The notes: a model not told the origin generated them from the letters alone. A stretch of DNA of 48,220 nucleotides from an uncultured Thermodesulfobacteriota bacterium (GCA_964565525.1 CAZMFG010000001.1:1-48220); one strand, 5' to 3'. Positions 17,299 to 27,963 are shown, counted from the first letter of the stretch. Translations and numbers: made by a program.

Positions 17299-19761
17299 TT
17301 ATCCCTTGACTGCCTTGCTCAAGAAACCGGGGTGTTGAGGATCAAAGATCCGGTATGCAGCGAGTTTTACCCGGTCATTAAACAGGAACCACGCTAGGGC
17401 ATAGCCCCAGATGAACAGCGCCCACACCCAGCCAATCGGGGTCATAAAGAGCCCATACACGGCGATCAACGTAGCGATACATTGCGTGGCCACCACCGCT
17501 CCGAACAAAATCGGCGCGGGCTTAAAGGACCAGAAAGGCCCCCGCGTGCGGGTAACGAAGATGGTCAGGTGACCGGCAACCGACAGCTTCAAATACATCA
17601 TAGATTGAATCATCTCCCTGTTGATATGAAAGACGCGCTCCCCCAAATAAAAGAGGCCGAAAGATGCCAGCACCCCGGCAAAACCTAATACGGTAGCGAC
17701 ACCTAATACCGCCTTCATATTCCAGGCCTCAGGCGCGTTGGAGTAACGGGTGCGGTCGTAGGCGATGGATAAGATCGCGCCGTCGTTGAGCACCGCCAGC
17801 AGAACGATCATGAGCGCCGTCACCGGGTAGAAGTTAAAGACCAATATGGAGAGGGTTATGAATAATAACACGCGGATCGTCTCGGCAATGCGGTACGTGG
17901 CATAGCTGTTCATGCGCTGGAATATCTTGCGGCTTTCCTTAATGGCGTCGATAATGACGGAAAGACCTGGTCTGGTGAGCACGATATCAGCCGCCGATTT
18001 GGCCGCATCCGTTGCGCCGGTTACGGCAATGCCGGCATCGGCCTTTTTCAAGGCGGGGGCATCGTTGACCCCGTCACCCGTCATCCCGACGATATGCCCT
18101 TTGTCTTGGAGCAGTTCGACGATGTGGTACTTATGCTCGGGAAAGACCTGGGCAAAGCCGTCGGCATCTTCGACGACGCGCTGTGCCTCTTTGTCAGGTT
18201 TTTCCAAAAAGGAAGACGCCGGCATGATATTAGTGCCCAAACCTACCTGGTGCGCGATCTCCTTGGCAATGGCGGCGTGATCGCCGGTGACCATCTTAAC
18301 CTTTACCTCCATGGATTGAGCCGTCTTGATGGTCTCTGCGGAATCCTCGCGGGGAGGATCGTACAGCCCGATCAGGCCGACATAGCGCCATTTCTCATCT
18401 CCATCCGTTCTGGCCACACCGAGGGGACGATACCCCTTGGAGGCAAAGGAATTGACCAATTCCTCGACTTTCGGGCCCAAGGCCTTTTGGTCGGCAACGA
18501 GCGCAAGAATGGCTTGAGGCGCCCCCTTGGCTGCTTTGAAGCGGTTGCCGTCGGGATCCTCAACGGTGGCTATGGCCCGCTTGGAGTTGGGATCAAAGGG
18601 CGTAAATTCCAAAACCTTGTAGTTGCCGGGTTCATGGCTCAGTTCGTCTTTCTCCTTGACCTTGGCGATAATGGCATCATCGATGGGATCCTGGTTCTCC
18701 TCCTTGGACGCCAGGGTTGCAAGGAGTAAGACTTCGTTCTCTTGAAATCCTTCGAATGGTTTAACCGCTCCGACGGTGATCTTATTTTGGGTGATGGTTC
18801 CGGTCTTATCCGCGCACAGGACATCCATGCCCGCCATTTCTTCAATAGCAACCAGTTTGCTCACGATGGCTTCCTTTTTTGCCAGTGCCATCGCCCCCAC
18901 GGCCATGGTGACCGAGAGGACTGCTGGAAGTGCAGCCGGTATGGCGGCAACCGTCAGAATCAAGGCAAACTGGAGGGTCTCCAGCATGCTTTCGTGACGG
19001 AAGAGGGCTACAAGGAAAATAATTGCCACCAGCGCGAGGGCAAGAAAAATCAAGTAATCGCCGATCTTGATGACCGCCTTTTGAAAATGGCTCTGGGTCT
19101 TGGCTTCTTCCACGAGCGTGGCGGTCTTGCCAAAATAGGTGCTCATCCCCGTCGTGACTACCAGCCCGTTCATCTCTCCCTGGCGGACAATGGAGCCGGC
19201 GTACGCAACATCCGAAGGATGCTTTTCCACGGGGAGCGACTCTCCGGTCAGGGCCGACTCATCGGTCAATAAATAATCACCCTCAAAGAGCTTAATATCG
19301 GCCGGGACGATCACGCCCAGACGCACGCGCACGACATCTCCCGGAACCAATTCCCGGGCATCAAGCTCAATCCATGTGCCGTCGCGCAGCACCCTGGCCT
19401 TCGGCGCCAGCCGTTGTTTCAGCAATTCAATGGCATTGTCCGCCTTGTGCTCCTCCCAGAAGCCCACGACGGCGTTTAAAACCAGCAGGGCAAAGATGAT
19501 CCCGAAATCCTCCCAGTGACGCACGATTGCCGATAAGATGGCTGCGGCCTCGATCATCCAGGGTATCGGTCCCCAGAAGTAGCTCAATAATTTGAGAATT
19601 GGGTTGACCTTCTTTTCGGCAATCTCGTTATAACCGTACTCTTCCAGCCGCTTTTTTACGTCTGAAGCCGAAAACCCCTTCTCGCTCGATGAGAGCCTTT
19701 GAAACAGCTCTTGTATAGAGGCCTTTTTTGCCCCCTCTGTACTGATAGTATTCTGATCCAT
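17299..19761 (-). CDS. P-type ATPase, type IIIA-like (plasma-membrane proton-pump family)
   Basis: Phosphorylation motif CADKTGTITQNK, plus TGES (LTGESLPV), MVTGDHAAIAKEIA and GMTGDGVNDAPALKKADAGIAV. The overall sequence (EKKVNPILKLLSYFWGPIPWMIEAAAILS...) resembles plant/fungal/archaeal H+-ATPases rather than Kdp, Cu or Ca pumps. Start moved from the TTG at 19779 to the ATG at 19761 (MDQNTIS...), which has GGAGGGGG 8 nt upstream. Confidence 0.9.
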   Translation of the reverse strand: MDQNTISTEGAKKASIQELFQRLSSSEKGFSASDVKKRLEEYGYNEIAEKKVNPILKLLSYFWGPIPWMIEAAAILSAIVRHWEDFGIIFALLVLNAVVGFWEEHKADNAIELLKQRLAPKARVLRDGTWIELDARELVPGDVVRVRLGVIVPADIKLFEGDYLLTDESALTGESLPVEKHPSDVAYAGSIVRQGEMNGLVVTTGMSTYFGKTATLVEEAKTQSHFQKAVIKIGDYLIFLALALVAIIFLVALFRHESMLETLQFALILTVAAIPAALPAVLSVTMAVGAMALAKKEAIVSKLVAIEEMAGMDVLCADKTGTITQNKITVGAVKPFEGFQENEVLLLATLASKEENQDPIDDAIIAKVKEKDELSHEPGNYKVLEFTPFDPNSKRAIATVEDPDGNRFKAAKGAPQAILALVADQKALGPKVEELVNSFASKGYRPLGVARTDGDEKWRYVGLIGLYDPPREDSAETIKTAQSMEVKVKMVTGDHAAIAKEIAHQVGLGTNIMPASSFLEKPDKEAQRVVEDADGFAQVFPEHKYHIVELLQDKGHIVGMTGDGVNDAPALKKADAGIAVTGATDAAKSAADIVLTRPGLSVIIDAIKESRKIFQRMNSYATYRIAETIRVLLFITLSILVFNFYPVTALMIVLLAVLNDGAILSIAYDRTRYSNAPEAWNMKAVLGVATVLGFAGVLASFGLFYLGERVFHINREMIQSMMYLKLSVAGHLTIFVTRTRGPFWSFKPAPILFGAVVATQCIATLIAVYGLFMTPIGWVWALFIWGYALAWFLFNDRVKLAAYRIFDPQHPGFLSKAVKG

Positions 19762-19780
19762 AGTAAGTACCCCCTCCAAA

Positions 19781-20347
19781 TCAGACTTTATTATGGCTTT
19801 TATCCTTTTTCATAAAGAATCTGTCTTGATAATGGCCATAAATTTCAAAGCCAAGCTTCCTGGAGAAGCATAAAGATGGCATATTAGTTTTTAAGATCTC
19901 ACCATAGACTGTTTCTACCAGTTCGTTCTTTTCCAACGAGTCCAGGAGCAGACCAAGCGCTTGTTGGCCGTGTCCTCGTTTTCGATCTTGAGGGTTAAAA
20001 ATGGTCAGTGACAGCCATAGACTTTCCCCTATCTCAATGTTGTAAAGCCCGACCAAACCGATAATTCTCGGTTTACGGTTTTCTACAGCTTCAATGACAT
20101 ACACTACATGAAAGGTGTTGATCATCCATCTCCAAAAAGAGAATGAAGATCTAAACAGTTTGTTTTCAACGCCATATGCTGCCAACGAAATCTCCGAATC
20201 GAACAACGAATATAATACAGGCACATCTCTAAGCCGATACAAACGCAGGGTGGCCGCGTCATTGTTTATCCGGCGATCGAATCTGATGATTTTGACCCTC
20301 CACAGATGAGAGATTCTCTTCCCCAATTTGGATAATGGACTTTCCAT
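19781..20347 (-). CDS. GNAT-family N-acetyltransferase
   Basis: 188 aa. The acetyl-CoA-binding-like motif QDRKRGHGQQALGLLLD is followed by ..NMPSLCFSRKLGFE. Its stop lies about 20 nt upstream of the ATPase start. Confidence 0.6.
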   Translation of the reverse strand: MESPLSKLGKRISHLWRVKIIRFDRRINNDAATLRLYRLRDVPVLYSLFDSEISLAAYGVENKLFRSSFSFWRWMINTFHVVYVIEAVENRKPRIIGLVGLYNIEIGESLWLSLTIFNPQDRKRGHGQQALGLLLDSLEKNELVETVYGEILKTNMPSLCFSRKLGFEIYGHYQDRFFMKKDKSHNKV

Positions 20348-20413
20348 GCGTTTCTCATCTCAACAGAATGCAGACCAAAGAATGACGCAATGTGCAAAAA
20401 ACGATGGCCATTC

Positions 20414-21532
20414 TCATATCCCAAGGTCGGAGCGAAGCTGCAGGAAATGAAGGATATCGGTCCTCGAGACGATTCCCCGGATCTTACCGTCTTTCACAAC
20501 AGGGACCTGATGAATGCGTTTGTTCGTGAGCTGGGCCAGGACCTTGTTGCCGTCATCGTCGGGAGAGACCGTCATCAGATCCTTTCGGGGGATCATGGTC
20601 TCCTTGACCGTGGCTGAGGGCCATTGGTCCCTGGGGATTTTCTTTACATCGTCCAGGCCGATGATTCCCTTGATGTCTTTCCTATCCGCCACGATGAATG
20701 CATGGTCCCGGTGTTTGAGGATAAATTCGTCTACCAGCTTCTGGATCGGGAGATCTTCGGAAACGCTTTGGACATCCGTTTCCATCAGGTCTTGTGCCCT
20801 CACATGGCTGAGCATCTCTTTCACGATGATCTGGTGGTAGCCTCGCCCCGCTGCACTGTAGAGAAACCAGCCGATCATCATAATCCAGATCCCATTGATA
20901 AACAGTCCTCTAAACATCATAAAAAAGCCAAGAGCGATAAAGACGAAGGCAAACCCTTGACCGAAAGCTGAGGCAATGCGCGTCGATTTTTGCAGGTTGC
21001 CCGTGAACTTCCAGATGATGGATCGAAGCACGCGCCCTCCATCCATGGGAAATCCCGGCAGGAGGTTAAAAGCACCGAGAAACACGTTGATGAAAGAGAG
21101 ATATCGGGCCATTGCAGCAAGAGGTTCACTGACAGGACGGAGAATGAAAAACAACCCATAGCACACAGCGGCAATGGCAAAACTCGTTAGGGGTCCCACG
21201 AGGGCCATGAAGAATTCTTTTGAGGCCTCTTTGGGTTCTTCGGTGATTTGGGCGACTCCCCCGAGAATGAACAGGGTGATTCGCCTGACTTTTTCACCCT
21301 GCCTGATTGCCACCAGTGAATGCGCGAGCTCATGGCCCAAGACCGAGGCAAAGAGCAACAGGGACGTGGATGCCCCCACAACCCAGTACTGCCACACTGG
21401 CCAGTGAGGATATCCGCTGGGGAAATAGTATGACGACATAATCCAGGTAAAAAGCCCAAAGATGACTAACCAGCTGGCGTCGATGTAGATGTCGATGCCG
21501 AAAATTCGGCCTATTCGCCATGAAAGTTTCAT
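20414..21532 (-). CDS. Site-2 protease family (M50) zinc metalloprotease with C-terminal CBS pair
   Basis: 372 aa. HExxH in a TM helix (VLGHELAHSLVA), NLLPGFPMDGGRVL motif, and a C-terminal tandem CBS-like region (..VQSVSEDLPIQKLVDEF..HRDHAFIVADRKDIKGIIGLDDV.. and ..NKRIHQVPVVKDGKIRGIVSRTDIL). Confidence 0.85.
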   Translation of the reverse strand: MKLSWRIGRIFGIDIYIDASWLVIFGLFTWIMSSYYFPSGYPHWPVWQYWVVGASTSLLLFASVLGHELAHSLVAIRQGEKVRRITLFILGGVAQITEEPKEASKEFFMALVGPLTSFAIAAVCYGLFFILRPVSEPLAAMARYLSFINVFLGAFNLLPGFPMDGGRVLRSIIWKFTGNLQKSTRIASAFGQGFAFVFIALGFFMMFRGLFINGIWIMMIGWFLYSAAGRGYHQIIVKEMLSHVRAQDLMETDVQSVSEDLPIQKLVDEFILKHRDHAFIVADRKDIKGIIGLDDVKKIPRDQWPSATVKETMIPRKDLMTVSPDDDGNKVLAQLTNKRIHQVPVVKDGKIRGIVSRTDILHFLQLRSDLGI

Positions 21533-21626
21533 GTCTGTCTCCTTTCCATTACGTTTTTAAGGAAGGCCTTCGGAACAGCACCGAAGACCCATACCTGGGG
21601 CCCCTCCTTTTCTTGACTCACAACGA

Positions 21627-22406
21627 TCACTTCATACCAAGCATCGGGAGTAGGACGATGCCGATGAAGTCCTGAAGAAAGTGCATCACCATGGGAGCTA
21701 TCAAGCTTTGTCGCCACAGGTAGATCAGCGCCAAAACTAATCCCATGGCACCGATGGTTACCACTCCTGCCGATCCTTCGTAGCCATGCCCAAGCGAAAA
21801 GATCGCCGCCGAAAGCACTACTGCGGCGGCAGGACTTGTGGTGACTGCCTTCAAGCGCAGGAGGAGGTATCCCCGGAAGATGGTCTCCTCCGCCGCCGCA
21901 ACAACAACGACCAAGAGGGAAGCCAAGAGAAATTGCGCTATACCTTTGGCCGCCAGGAATGAAGGCAGTGAAGTCGAGGAAACGGAAAGACCGATTGCCT
22001 GTAAGGCCTGTTCGAGCAAAACCATACCGTAGAATAAGGGGATGAAAAACCAAAGCCCCAGAGCGATCTCTTTCCGGACGTTTCTGAATGTCCAGCCAAT
22101 CCTAGTGATGGGTTCACCGTTGCGCCACAGAAAAAAGAGAATCAAACCGACCAATCCGAGGTCACGCAGAATGTTCGAGACTGCCGTAAGCACAAAACTC
22201 AAATTTCCCTGTTTAACGACGAGAAAGGAAAGGGACATGGACGGCACAATCAAAAAAAGAAACACAGATACCTCTATAAGCTGTACACCCCGACTGGGTC
22301 GCTTCCCATGCTTGCGTTTGGCCCCAACGCTCTTTGAAACCGCTGTTATCGATCCCACCGATCCTCTCCTTGACCATCCTGCGTCAGTATAGTGCCTCAG
22401 AGACAA
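21627..22406 (-). CDS. CPBP-family intramembrane metalloprotease (CAAX protease/Abi-type)
   Basis: 259 aa. Conserved motifs AAAEETIFRGYLL, FSLGHGYEG and MHFLQDF in hydrophobic context. Start position is uncertain. Confidence 0.8.
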   Translation of the reverse strand: MSLRHYTDAGWSRRGSVGSITAVSKSVGAKRKHGKRPSRGVQLIEVSVFLFLIVPSMSLSFLVVKQGNLSFVLTAVSNILRDLGLVGLILFFLWRNGEPITRIGWTFRNVRKEIALGLWFFIPLFYGMVLLEQALQAIGLSVSSTSLPSFLAAKGIAQFLLASLLVVVVAAAEETIFRGYLLLRLKAVTTSPAAAVVLSAAIFSLGHGYEGSAGVVTIGAMGLVLALIYLWRQSLIAPMVMHFLQDFIGIVLLPMLGMK

Positions 22407-22543
22407 ATACGAAGCGCTTTTCCCCTTTGCACAGCCCTATGATCCTCAGCCCGTGTGCTCGACATGATCTTACAGCTCGCTCCTTATCGCGTAACCACCT
22501 CCACATATTTCTTTTCGCCGTACGGTTATAAAACACTCCCCGA

Positions 22544-23002
22544 TCAAAACAATTCGTGTTTAACGAATAAAATCGAACAGGACATCTTTCGAAGCAACTT
22601 TTCATTATCACGACCGAATAGAAGGTGCTCTAGACGCCCTTCCTCATGAGCAAGTAAGATCATAAGCTCTATCTTCTCGGCTTCCACAATCCTTACAATT
22701 TCATCTACCGGATCTCCCTCCCTGATGAATTCCTTTATAGGCATGCCCCGGCTTTTCTCTGAAGTTATAATATCATCTAACTCTTTTTTTGTAGCCTGTC
22801 GTGCCTTTTGATATTCCTCCTGTAGTGATCGCATGTAAGGGATTGGCAGATTCCACCCTTCCAGGCTGAAAGGGTCATGCATGACATGGAGTACAAAAAG
22901 TTCAGCGCCATACTGTTGTGCAAGCGAAACCCCGTAGTGAACAGCCTTACGACAATATTGGGTCGACCTGCTTATGGCAAGAATACGTTTGACTTCATCC
23001 AT
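22544..23002 (-). CDS. Universal stress protein (UspA family)
   Basis: 152 aa. ILAISRSTQYCRKAVHYGVSLAQQYGAELFVLHV ... ELMILLAHEEGRLEHLLFGRDNEKLLRKMSCSILFV is the typical Usp fold pattern. Confidence 0.8.
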   Translation of the reverse strand: MDEVKRILAISRSTQYCRKAVHYGVSLAQQYGAELFVLHVMHDPFSLEGWNLPIPYMRSLQEEYQKARQATKKELDDIITSEKSRGMPIKEFIREGDPVDEIVRIVEAEKIELMILLAHEEGRLEHLLFGRDNEKLLRKMSCSILFVKHELF

Positions 23003-23084
23003 AACTTTCCTCCTTCAATGAGAAATGTAATTGCTCTTCCTTATTTTTTTATTTGGCTGCACTGAGAAAATTCCCTTTCTAAAA

Positions 23085-23837
23085 CTAAGGATTTTTGCCC
23101 GTTATTTGTTTGGCTACTGATTCTGTCGCCTTCCTAATTTCTTCCGCATCACCCAGGTAATAATGATCGCGTGGCCTCATGTCGTTATCTAATTCGTAAA
23201 CCAAGGGGAACCCCGTAGGAATATTAAGTTTTGCGATCTGCTCATCAGGGATACTATCAAGATATTTAACCAAACCTCTGAGACTATTGCCATGGGCTGA
23301 GACGAGGACTTTGTTCTCTTGCCGCAGGCTTGGCACGAGTACCTCGTGCCAGTAGGGGAGCACTCGATGAATGGTATCTTTGAGGGACTCGGTGCGGGGT
23401 AATTCGTTAGCTGTTATATGAGCATACCGTTGGTCAAAACGCGGATGCCGCGAATCTGTTAAGTCCAATGCCGGCGGGCGAACATCATAGCTGCGTCTCC
23501 ACTGCTGGACAATCTCATGGCCATATTGTTCGGCTGTTTTCTCTTTATTAAGACCTTGCAGGGCACCATAGTGCCTTTCATTAAGCCTCCAGGAACGATG
23601 TACGGGAATCCACATAAGGTCCATCTCATCAAGCATAATCCACAGTGTTCTGATAGCCCGCTTGAGGACGGAGGTGTAGGCCACATCAAAGGAGTAGCCC
23701 TCGTCATTGAGCAATTTCCCGGCGCGATGAGACTCTTCCTTGCCCTCCTTTGAAAGATCCACGTCTGTCCAGCCCGTAAACAGGTTTTCCAGATTCCACA
23801 CACTCTCACCATGCCGTAACAGCACCAGTTTTATCAT
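23085..23837 (-). CDS. gpmA: 2,3-bisphosphoglycerate-dependent phosphoglycerate mutase
   Basis: 250 aa. [44 protein letters not shown] and [12 protein letters not shown] are canonical dPGM motifs. Confidence 0.95.
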   Translation of the reverse strand: MIKLVLLRHGESVWNLENLFTGWTDVDLSKEGKEESHRAGKLLNDEGYSFDVAYTSVLKRAIRTLWIMLDEMDLMWIPVHRSWRLNERHYGALQGLNKEKTAEQYGHEIVQQWRRSYDVRPPALDLTDSRHPRFDQRYAHITANELPRTESLKDTIHRVLPYWHEVLVPSLRQENKVLVSAHGNSLRGLVKYLDSIPDEQIAKLNIPTGFPLVYELDNDMRPRDHYYLGDAEEIRKATESVAKQITGKNP

Positions 23838-23847
23838 CGTTTTTTCT

Positions 23848-24768
23848 CTACCGTGAATGATATATGTTTAAGGCTTCTTCTACACTCTTTTCTTCCACGG
23901 TTATGGCAGAGATGGCATTGCACATCCTGATTGCCTCTTCAAGGGGCTTTTGATGGATGTTCCTCCCGGTGGCATTTCCCGCAGCGCCGCTGACGTGAAT
24001 CTGGTCGTGGAGTCTCTTGAGAAACGACTCTACCTCATCACTGGACCCACCCGCGCACACGACCTTAGTACGACCTGCTGCCCGGACGGCCTCCTTGAAT
24101 ACCTCTCGTGATTCAGAGCCTTCTTGCTCGGGGTAGTTTACCTTGGCAAAATCACTGCCAAGGCATGCCGCTACACCGGTGGCACCTGCGATTAGATGGG
24201 GATCTTTCTCGTCTTCCACGGCCTTACCACGGGGGTAGATCCATAACACGGTTATCAAACCATGTTGGTGTGCCTGGTACACAATCTGAGCCGCCTGCCG
24301 TAACATCTCCACTTCGTGCTCGCTCCCAAGATAAATCGTATAGCCAACCGCTCTTATATGAAGTCCGCTGCTTTCGCGAAAATCAACTGCTTGTTGAACA
24401 TCAAACCACTGCTGGCTGAAGGGATCTGAAAGGGACGTCTTCAGAAGATGCGTTTTGGAATTCAACTTTACCAGATAAGGGATATCGGGATAATCCATGC
24501 CGTATCTGGCAATCAGACCGAGTTGGGTAGCGAACACACCGATGTTTGCACGGCTTGCGATTCTGAACAGGTGTTCTGGATCGCTATCATCGAGGTTGAT
24601 CCCTTCGCCATAGAAATCCTTATTGAGGTGCTCCACTTTCTGATCACCGGCAAAGAGCATCAGCCTCCCGCTCTTCCTGGTAACGGTTTCATAATTGGCA
24701 ATATAGCGTTCCTGCAGTGCCTTTGGGACGTCCAGGGGGACGATTACATTCTGTGCTTGTATGGACAT
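23848..24768 (-). CDS. Class I fructose-bisphosphate aldolase, DhnA/FbaB-like family
   Basis: 306 aa. It resembles E. coli FbaB blocks: [39 protein letters not shown] (candidate Schiff-base Lys region) and GRNIHQ. The exact substrate (FBP versus a related sugar phosphate) is not decidable by eye. Confidence 0.7.
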   Translation of the reverse strand: MSIQAQNVIVPLDVPKALQERYIANYETVTRKSGRLMLFAGDQKVEHLNKDFYGEGINLDDSDPEHLFRIASRANIGVFATQLGLIARYGMDYPDIPYLVKLNSKTHLLKTSLSDPFSQQWFDVQQAVDFRESSGLHIRAVGYTIYLGSEHEVEMLRQAAQIVYQAHQHGLITVLWIYPRGKAVEDEKDPHLIAGATGVAACLGSDFAKVNYPEQEGSESREVFKEAVRAAGRTKVVCAGGSSDEVESFLKRLHDQIHVSGAAGNATGRNIHQKPLEEAIRMCNAISAITVEEKSVEEALNIYHSR

Positions 24769-24787
24769 TTCGCCATCCTCCTCTGCC

Positions 24788-25714
24788 TTAGAGCGTTTGC
24801 ACCGTTATCTCGGGAACGAGGTGTAAGAAATCTTCCCTTTGACAAAGTGCTGTTCCATCCCTCAGGGTAGTAGCCGTGCCAGCAGCTACCGCATAGATCA
24901 AGGCCTCTTTGATGGGTTTATTCGTTGCCAAACCGTAGACAAACCCGGCTACGGCTGAATCCCCCGCGCCGATCGTATTTTTCACGGTTACTGCAGGGGG
25001 AGAGGCCAGATACCGTTCCTTTTCCCCTGCCAGCAGAATGCCCCTGGCCCCCATGGAAACAAGGACGATCCCGATGCCCTTCTCGCGTACCCTCTGGGTT
25101 ACCCGTGCGATCTCATCGATCTCTTTCAACTCCTCATCAACAAGACGACTCAATTCATGGACATTGGGCTTAATGATATCCGGGAGGCCTTGTATGCCTG
25201 CTCGCAGGGCCTCTCCATCGGTATCCAGTATCACCCTTGCCCCCTTCCCTTTTGCCATTTCGATGAGCCTGCGGTAGATTTCCGGATGGATTCCAAAGGG
25301 AAGACTCCCACTGATGACAACCATGTCAGGCTTATCAAGCTTTTCAAGCTTGTGCACTATTTGCATCAGTTCGTACGGCTTGACGTTCGGCCCCCTGTCG
25401 CTGAAAACGACTTGCTTCCCAGAGCTGATCTCATTGACAATGACGTTGGTGCGGGTTTCATCGGCAATCCTGGTAAAATCACAGTTTACTCCCTCATTGA
25501 CCAATCGGCCTTCAAGTTCTTCTCCGGCAAACCCGCCGATCAAGCCCAGGGCCTGATTCTCAGCCCCCAGCGTTGTCAACACCTTGGATACATCTATTCC
25601 CTTACCCCCTGCATACCGTTCTTCCCGTTCAATCCGGTTGGCATCGTCAAATTGTATCTTATCAACCCACACTGTCCGGTCCAGGGCTGGATTGAGAGTG
25701 ACCGTATAAATCAT
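24788..25714 (-). CDS. PfkB-family sugar-phosphate kinase (1-phosphofructokinase / 6-phosphofructokinase II type)
   Basis: MIYTVTLNPALDRTVWVD start is typical of the FruK/PfkB/LacC group. GGKGIDVS and a C-terminal TIGAGDSAVAGFV motif are present. Start moved from the TTG at 25726 to the ATG at 25714, just downstream of GAGGAG. Confidence 0.8.
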   Translation of the reverse strand: MIYTVTLNPALDRTVWVDKIQFDDANRIEREERYAGGKGIDVSKVLTTLGAENQALGLIGGFAGEELEGRLVNEGVNCDFTRIADETRTNVIVNEISSGKQVVFSDRGPNVKPYELMQIVHKLEKLDKPDMVVISGSLPFGIHPEIYRRLIEMAKGKGARVILDTDGEALRAGIQGLPDIIKPNVHELSRLVDEELKEIDEIARVTQRVREKGIGIVLVSMGARGILLAGEKERYLASPPAVTVKNTIGAGDSAVAGFVYGLATNKPIKEALIYAVAAGTATTLRDGTALCQREDFLHLVPEITVQTL

Positions 25715-25729
25715 ATCTCCTCGCAAAAC

Positions 25730-26752
25730 TTATGCATGGCCAGTAACAACATTTTGCGGATGACCACTAAAGTATGCTATTATATTTTCAGCGCTGGTAA
25801 GCAGAATCCGTTCTAACGCCTCCTTTGTATTAAAGGCATTGTGCGGCGTGATGATTGCGCGCTCTGAACGCATGATGGAGAAGCTCTCCATGGCTTCCCT
25901 CAGCGTGATAGCCGCGAGGTCATCCCGTTTAAGGAATTCTTCCTCGAGCCACACCTCTTCCCCCTCAAAGGTATCCAAGGCCACACCTCCCACCCTCCCT
26001 TCGCGTAACGCAGCGGCAACCGCCGTCGTATCGACCACTTGCCCTCGGGACGTGTTCACCAGGAGGGCCATCGGTTTGAACAAGCGTAGTCTTTCTGCGT
26101 TGATGAGGTGGTGCGTCGACGGATTGTAGGGAATATGCAGACTAATAATGTCCGCCTGCTGTAATAGTTCTTCCAGGCTCACAAACGTCACGTCGTACCG
26201 ATCGATGATCTCCTCATTTGGCTTCACGTCATAGGCGATAACCTTCATGCCGAAGGCCCATCCAAACCGCGCCATATGACTGCCGATATTGCCCGTACCG
26301 ACCACGCCGAGCGTCTTCCCCTTTAAATCTATACCCATAAGGCCGGTACGGCTGAAAAATCCCCGCCCTACCTGTTCAATGGTTGGTTTAAATTTGCGGG
26401 CAAGGGCTATGATAAGACCAAAGGCGTATTCCGCTACTGTGTTATCACCGTACGAAGGAACGTTACATACTGTGATATTACGGGCCTTACAGGTCTCTAA
26501 GTCAATATGATCAAATCCGGTGGACATGGTATCAATTACCTTTACTTCAGGCAGTAGATCAAGCACCTCCTTGGTGATCCTGGATTGGATAAATATCCCT
26601 ATACCGTCCACATCCTTCGCTATGAGGGCACTATGTGTATCAAGAGATTTTTGATGGAAGCTCAACTCAAAGGTCTTTTCTCCAGCAAATGCCCTTGATA
26701 AGACAGCCTGCTCTGTTTCATCCACATCAAAAAAAGCAAGTTTCACCATCAT
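25730..26752 (-). CDS. D-isomer-specific 2-hydroxyacid dehydrogenase (D-lactate dehydrogenase-like)
   Basis: 340 aa. NAD-binding GVVGTGNIGSHMARF, LVNTSRG and PHNAF catalytic-region motifs. The layout resembles LdhA-type enzymes. Confidence 0.85.
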   Translation of the reverse strand: MMVKLAFFDVDETEQAVLSRAFAGEKTFELSFHQKSLDTHSALIAKDVDGIGIFIQSRITKEVLDLLPEVKVIDTMSTGFDHIDLETCKARNITVCNVPSYGDNTVAEYAFGLIIALARKFKPTIEQVGRGFFSRTGLMGIDLKGKTLGVVGTGNIGSHMARFGWAFGMKVIAYDVKPNEEIIDRYDVTFVSLEELLQQADIISLHIPYNPSTHHLINAERLRLFKPMALLVNTSRGQVVDTTAVAAALREGRVGGVALDTFEGEEVWLEEEFLKRDDLAAITLREAMESFSIMRSERAIITPHNAFNTKEALERILLTSAENIIAYFSGHPQNVVTGHA

Positions 26753-26887
26753 AAGCCTCGTTTTTGTATAAAGCCCATAACCCGTAAGTTTTACACTGCT
26801 AGTTTAGCCTCTCGTGACTTAAAATGCACTCATTGAAAAACAGTACGCTTATTGGTTCATACAGCATCAGCAATACAAAATCTGATA

Positions 26888-27892
26888 TCATTGTTGAGCA
26901 ATATAATCAGCCAGATCGAGCAGTCGGCGTGCATATCCATATTCGTTGTCGTACCAAACAAGCACCTTTGCCACTCTGTTGACAATCACCCGGGTTGATG
27001 GTCCATCGACTATCCCAGAATGTGTATCGTCGATGATATCGGCAGACACCATTTCGTCGTCGCTATAATCCAGAATACCCTTGAGCTCCTCATTGGCAGC
27101 CTTTTTGTACGCTGAATTGACAGTTTGAACCGAAACATCCCTTTGCAGGTGGGCCACAATATCTGTTATAGCTCCGTCGGGAATGGGGGCCCTCACGGCA
27201 ATGGCGTCCATTTTCCCTTTGAGTTCAGGGATAACCAAGGCGGTAGCCTCTGCTGCCCCCGTTGAAGTCGGTATGAGAGAAACCGCTGCGGCGCGCCCCC
27301 TGCGCAGTTTACGGGCCGCCCGGTCCACCAATGCTTGGCTGGCTGTGTAGGCATGAATCGTTGTGGCCATAAGGTATTCGATCCCAAAGGCGTCGTTTAA
27401 CACCTTGACAGCTGGGGCCAATGAATTGGTCGTGCACGATGCGTTTGAAATCACATGATGCCGCTGAGCGTCATATAATTGTTCATTGACCCCCATCACC
27501 ACGGTCAAGTCGGCACTCACAGAGGGGGCACTAATGATGACCTTGGATGCCCCCGCTTGTAGGTGTTTTACTGCGTCCTCCCGTTTTCTAAAAAGCCCGG
27601 TACATTCCAAAACAATATCGATATCGAGGTTCTTCCACGGAAGTGCTAGAGGATCCTTTTCGCTGACGACGGTTATCTTCTGTGAGCCGAGAGTTATATA
27701 ATCTGATCCGGTTTTTATGGGAAATGTAGCCCTTCTATGCACAGAATCATACCGGATGAGATACGCAAGTTCATCGATTGGGGTCAGATCATTGGCTGCA
27801 ACAATTTGGACAGTATCCGGTGCATCGATGAGATAGTGTCGCAACGCCATCCTCCCGATGCGTCCTAATCCATTAATAGCAATGTTCTTCAT
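26888..27892 (-). CDS. gap: Type I glyceraldehyde-3-phosphate dehydrogenase
   Basis: 334 aa. INGLGRIGR NAD motif, active-site SNASCTTNSLAP, and C-terminal WYDNEYGY. Confidence 0.95.
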   Translation of the reverse strand: MKNIAINGLGRIGRMALRHYLIDAPDTVQIVAANDLTPIDELAYLIRYDSVHRRATFPIKTGSDYITLGSQKITVVSEKDPLALPWKNLDIDIVLECTGLFRKREDAVKHLQAGASKVIISAPSVSADLTVVMGVNEQLYDAQRHHVISNASCTTNSLAPAVKVLNDAFGIEYLMATTIHAYTASQALVDRAARKLRRGRAAAVSLIPTSTGAAEATALVIPELKGKMDAIAVRAPIPDGAITDIVAHLQRDVSVQTVNSAYKKAANEELKGILDYSDDEMVSADIIDDTHSGIVDGPSTRVIVNRVAKVLVWYDNEYGYARRLLDLADYIAQQ

Positions 27893-27963
27893 GGCAACTC
27901 CTCTCTCTTTACCATGTTACCTTCCCATAACCTGCTTCGGAGACACTTCAATTCATTCCTTTA

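Noticed and set aside
21529-22053. 174-aa minus-strand ORF overlapping the CPBP protease gene in another frame.
   Set aside because: The CPBP frame carries the family motifs (EETIFRG, FSLGH, HFLQD). The alternative frame gives Gly/Arg/Ser-rich sequence with no motifs.
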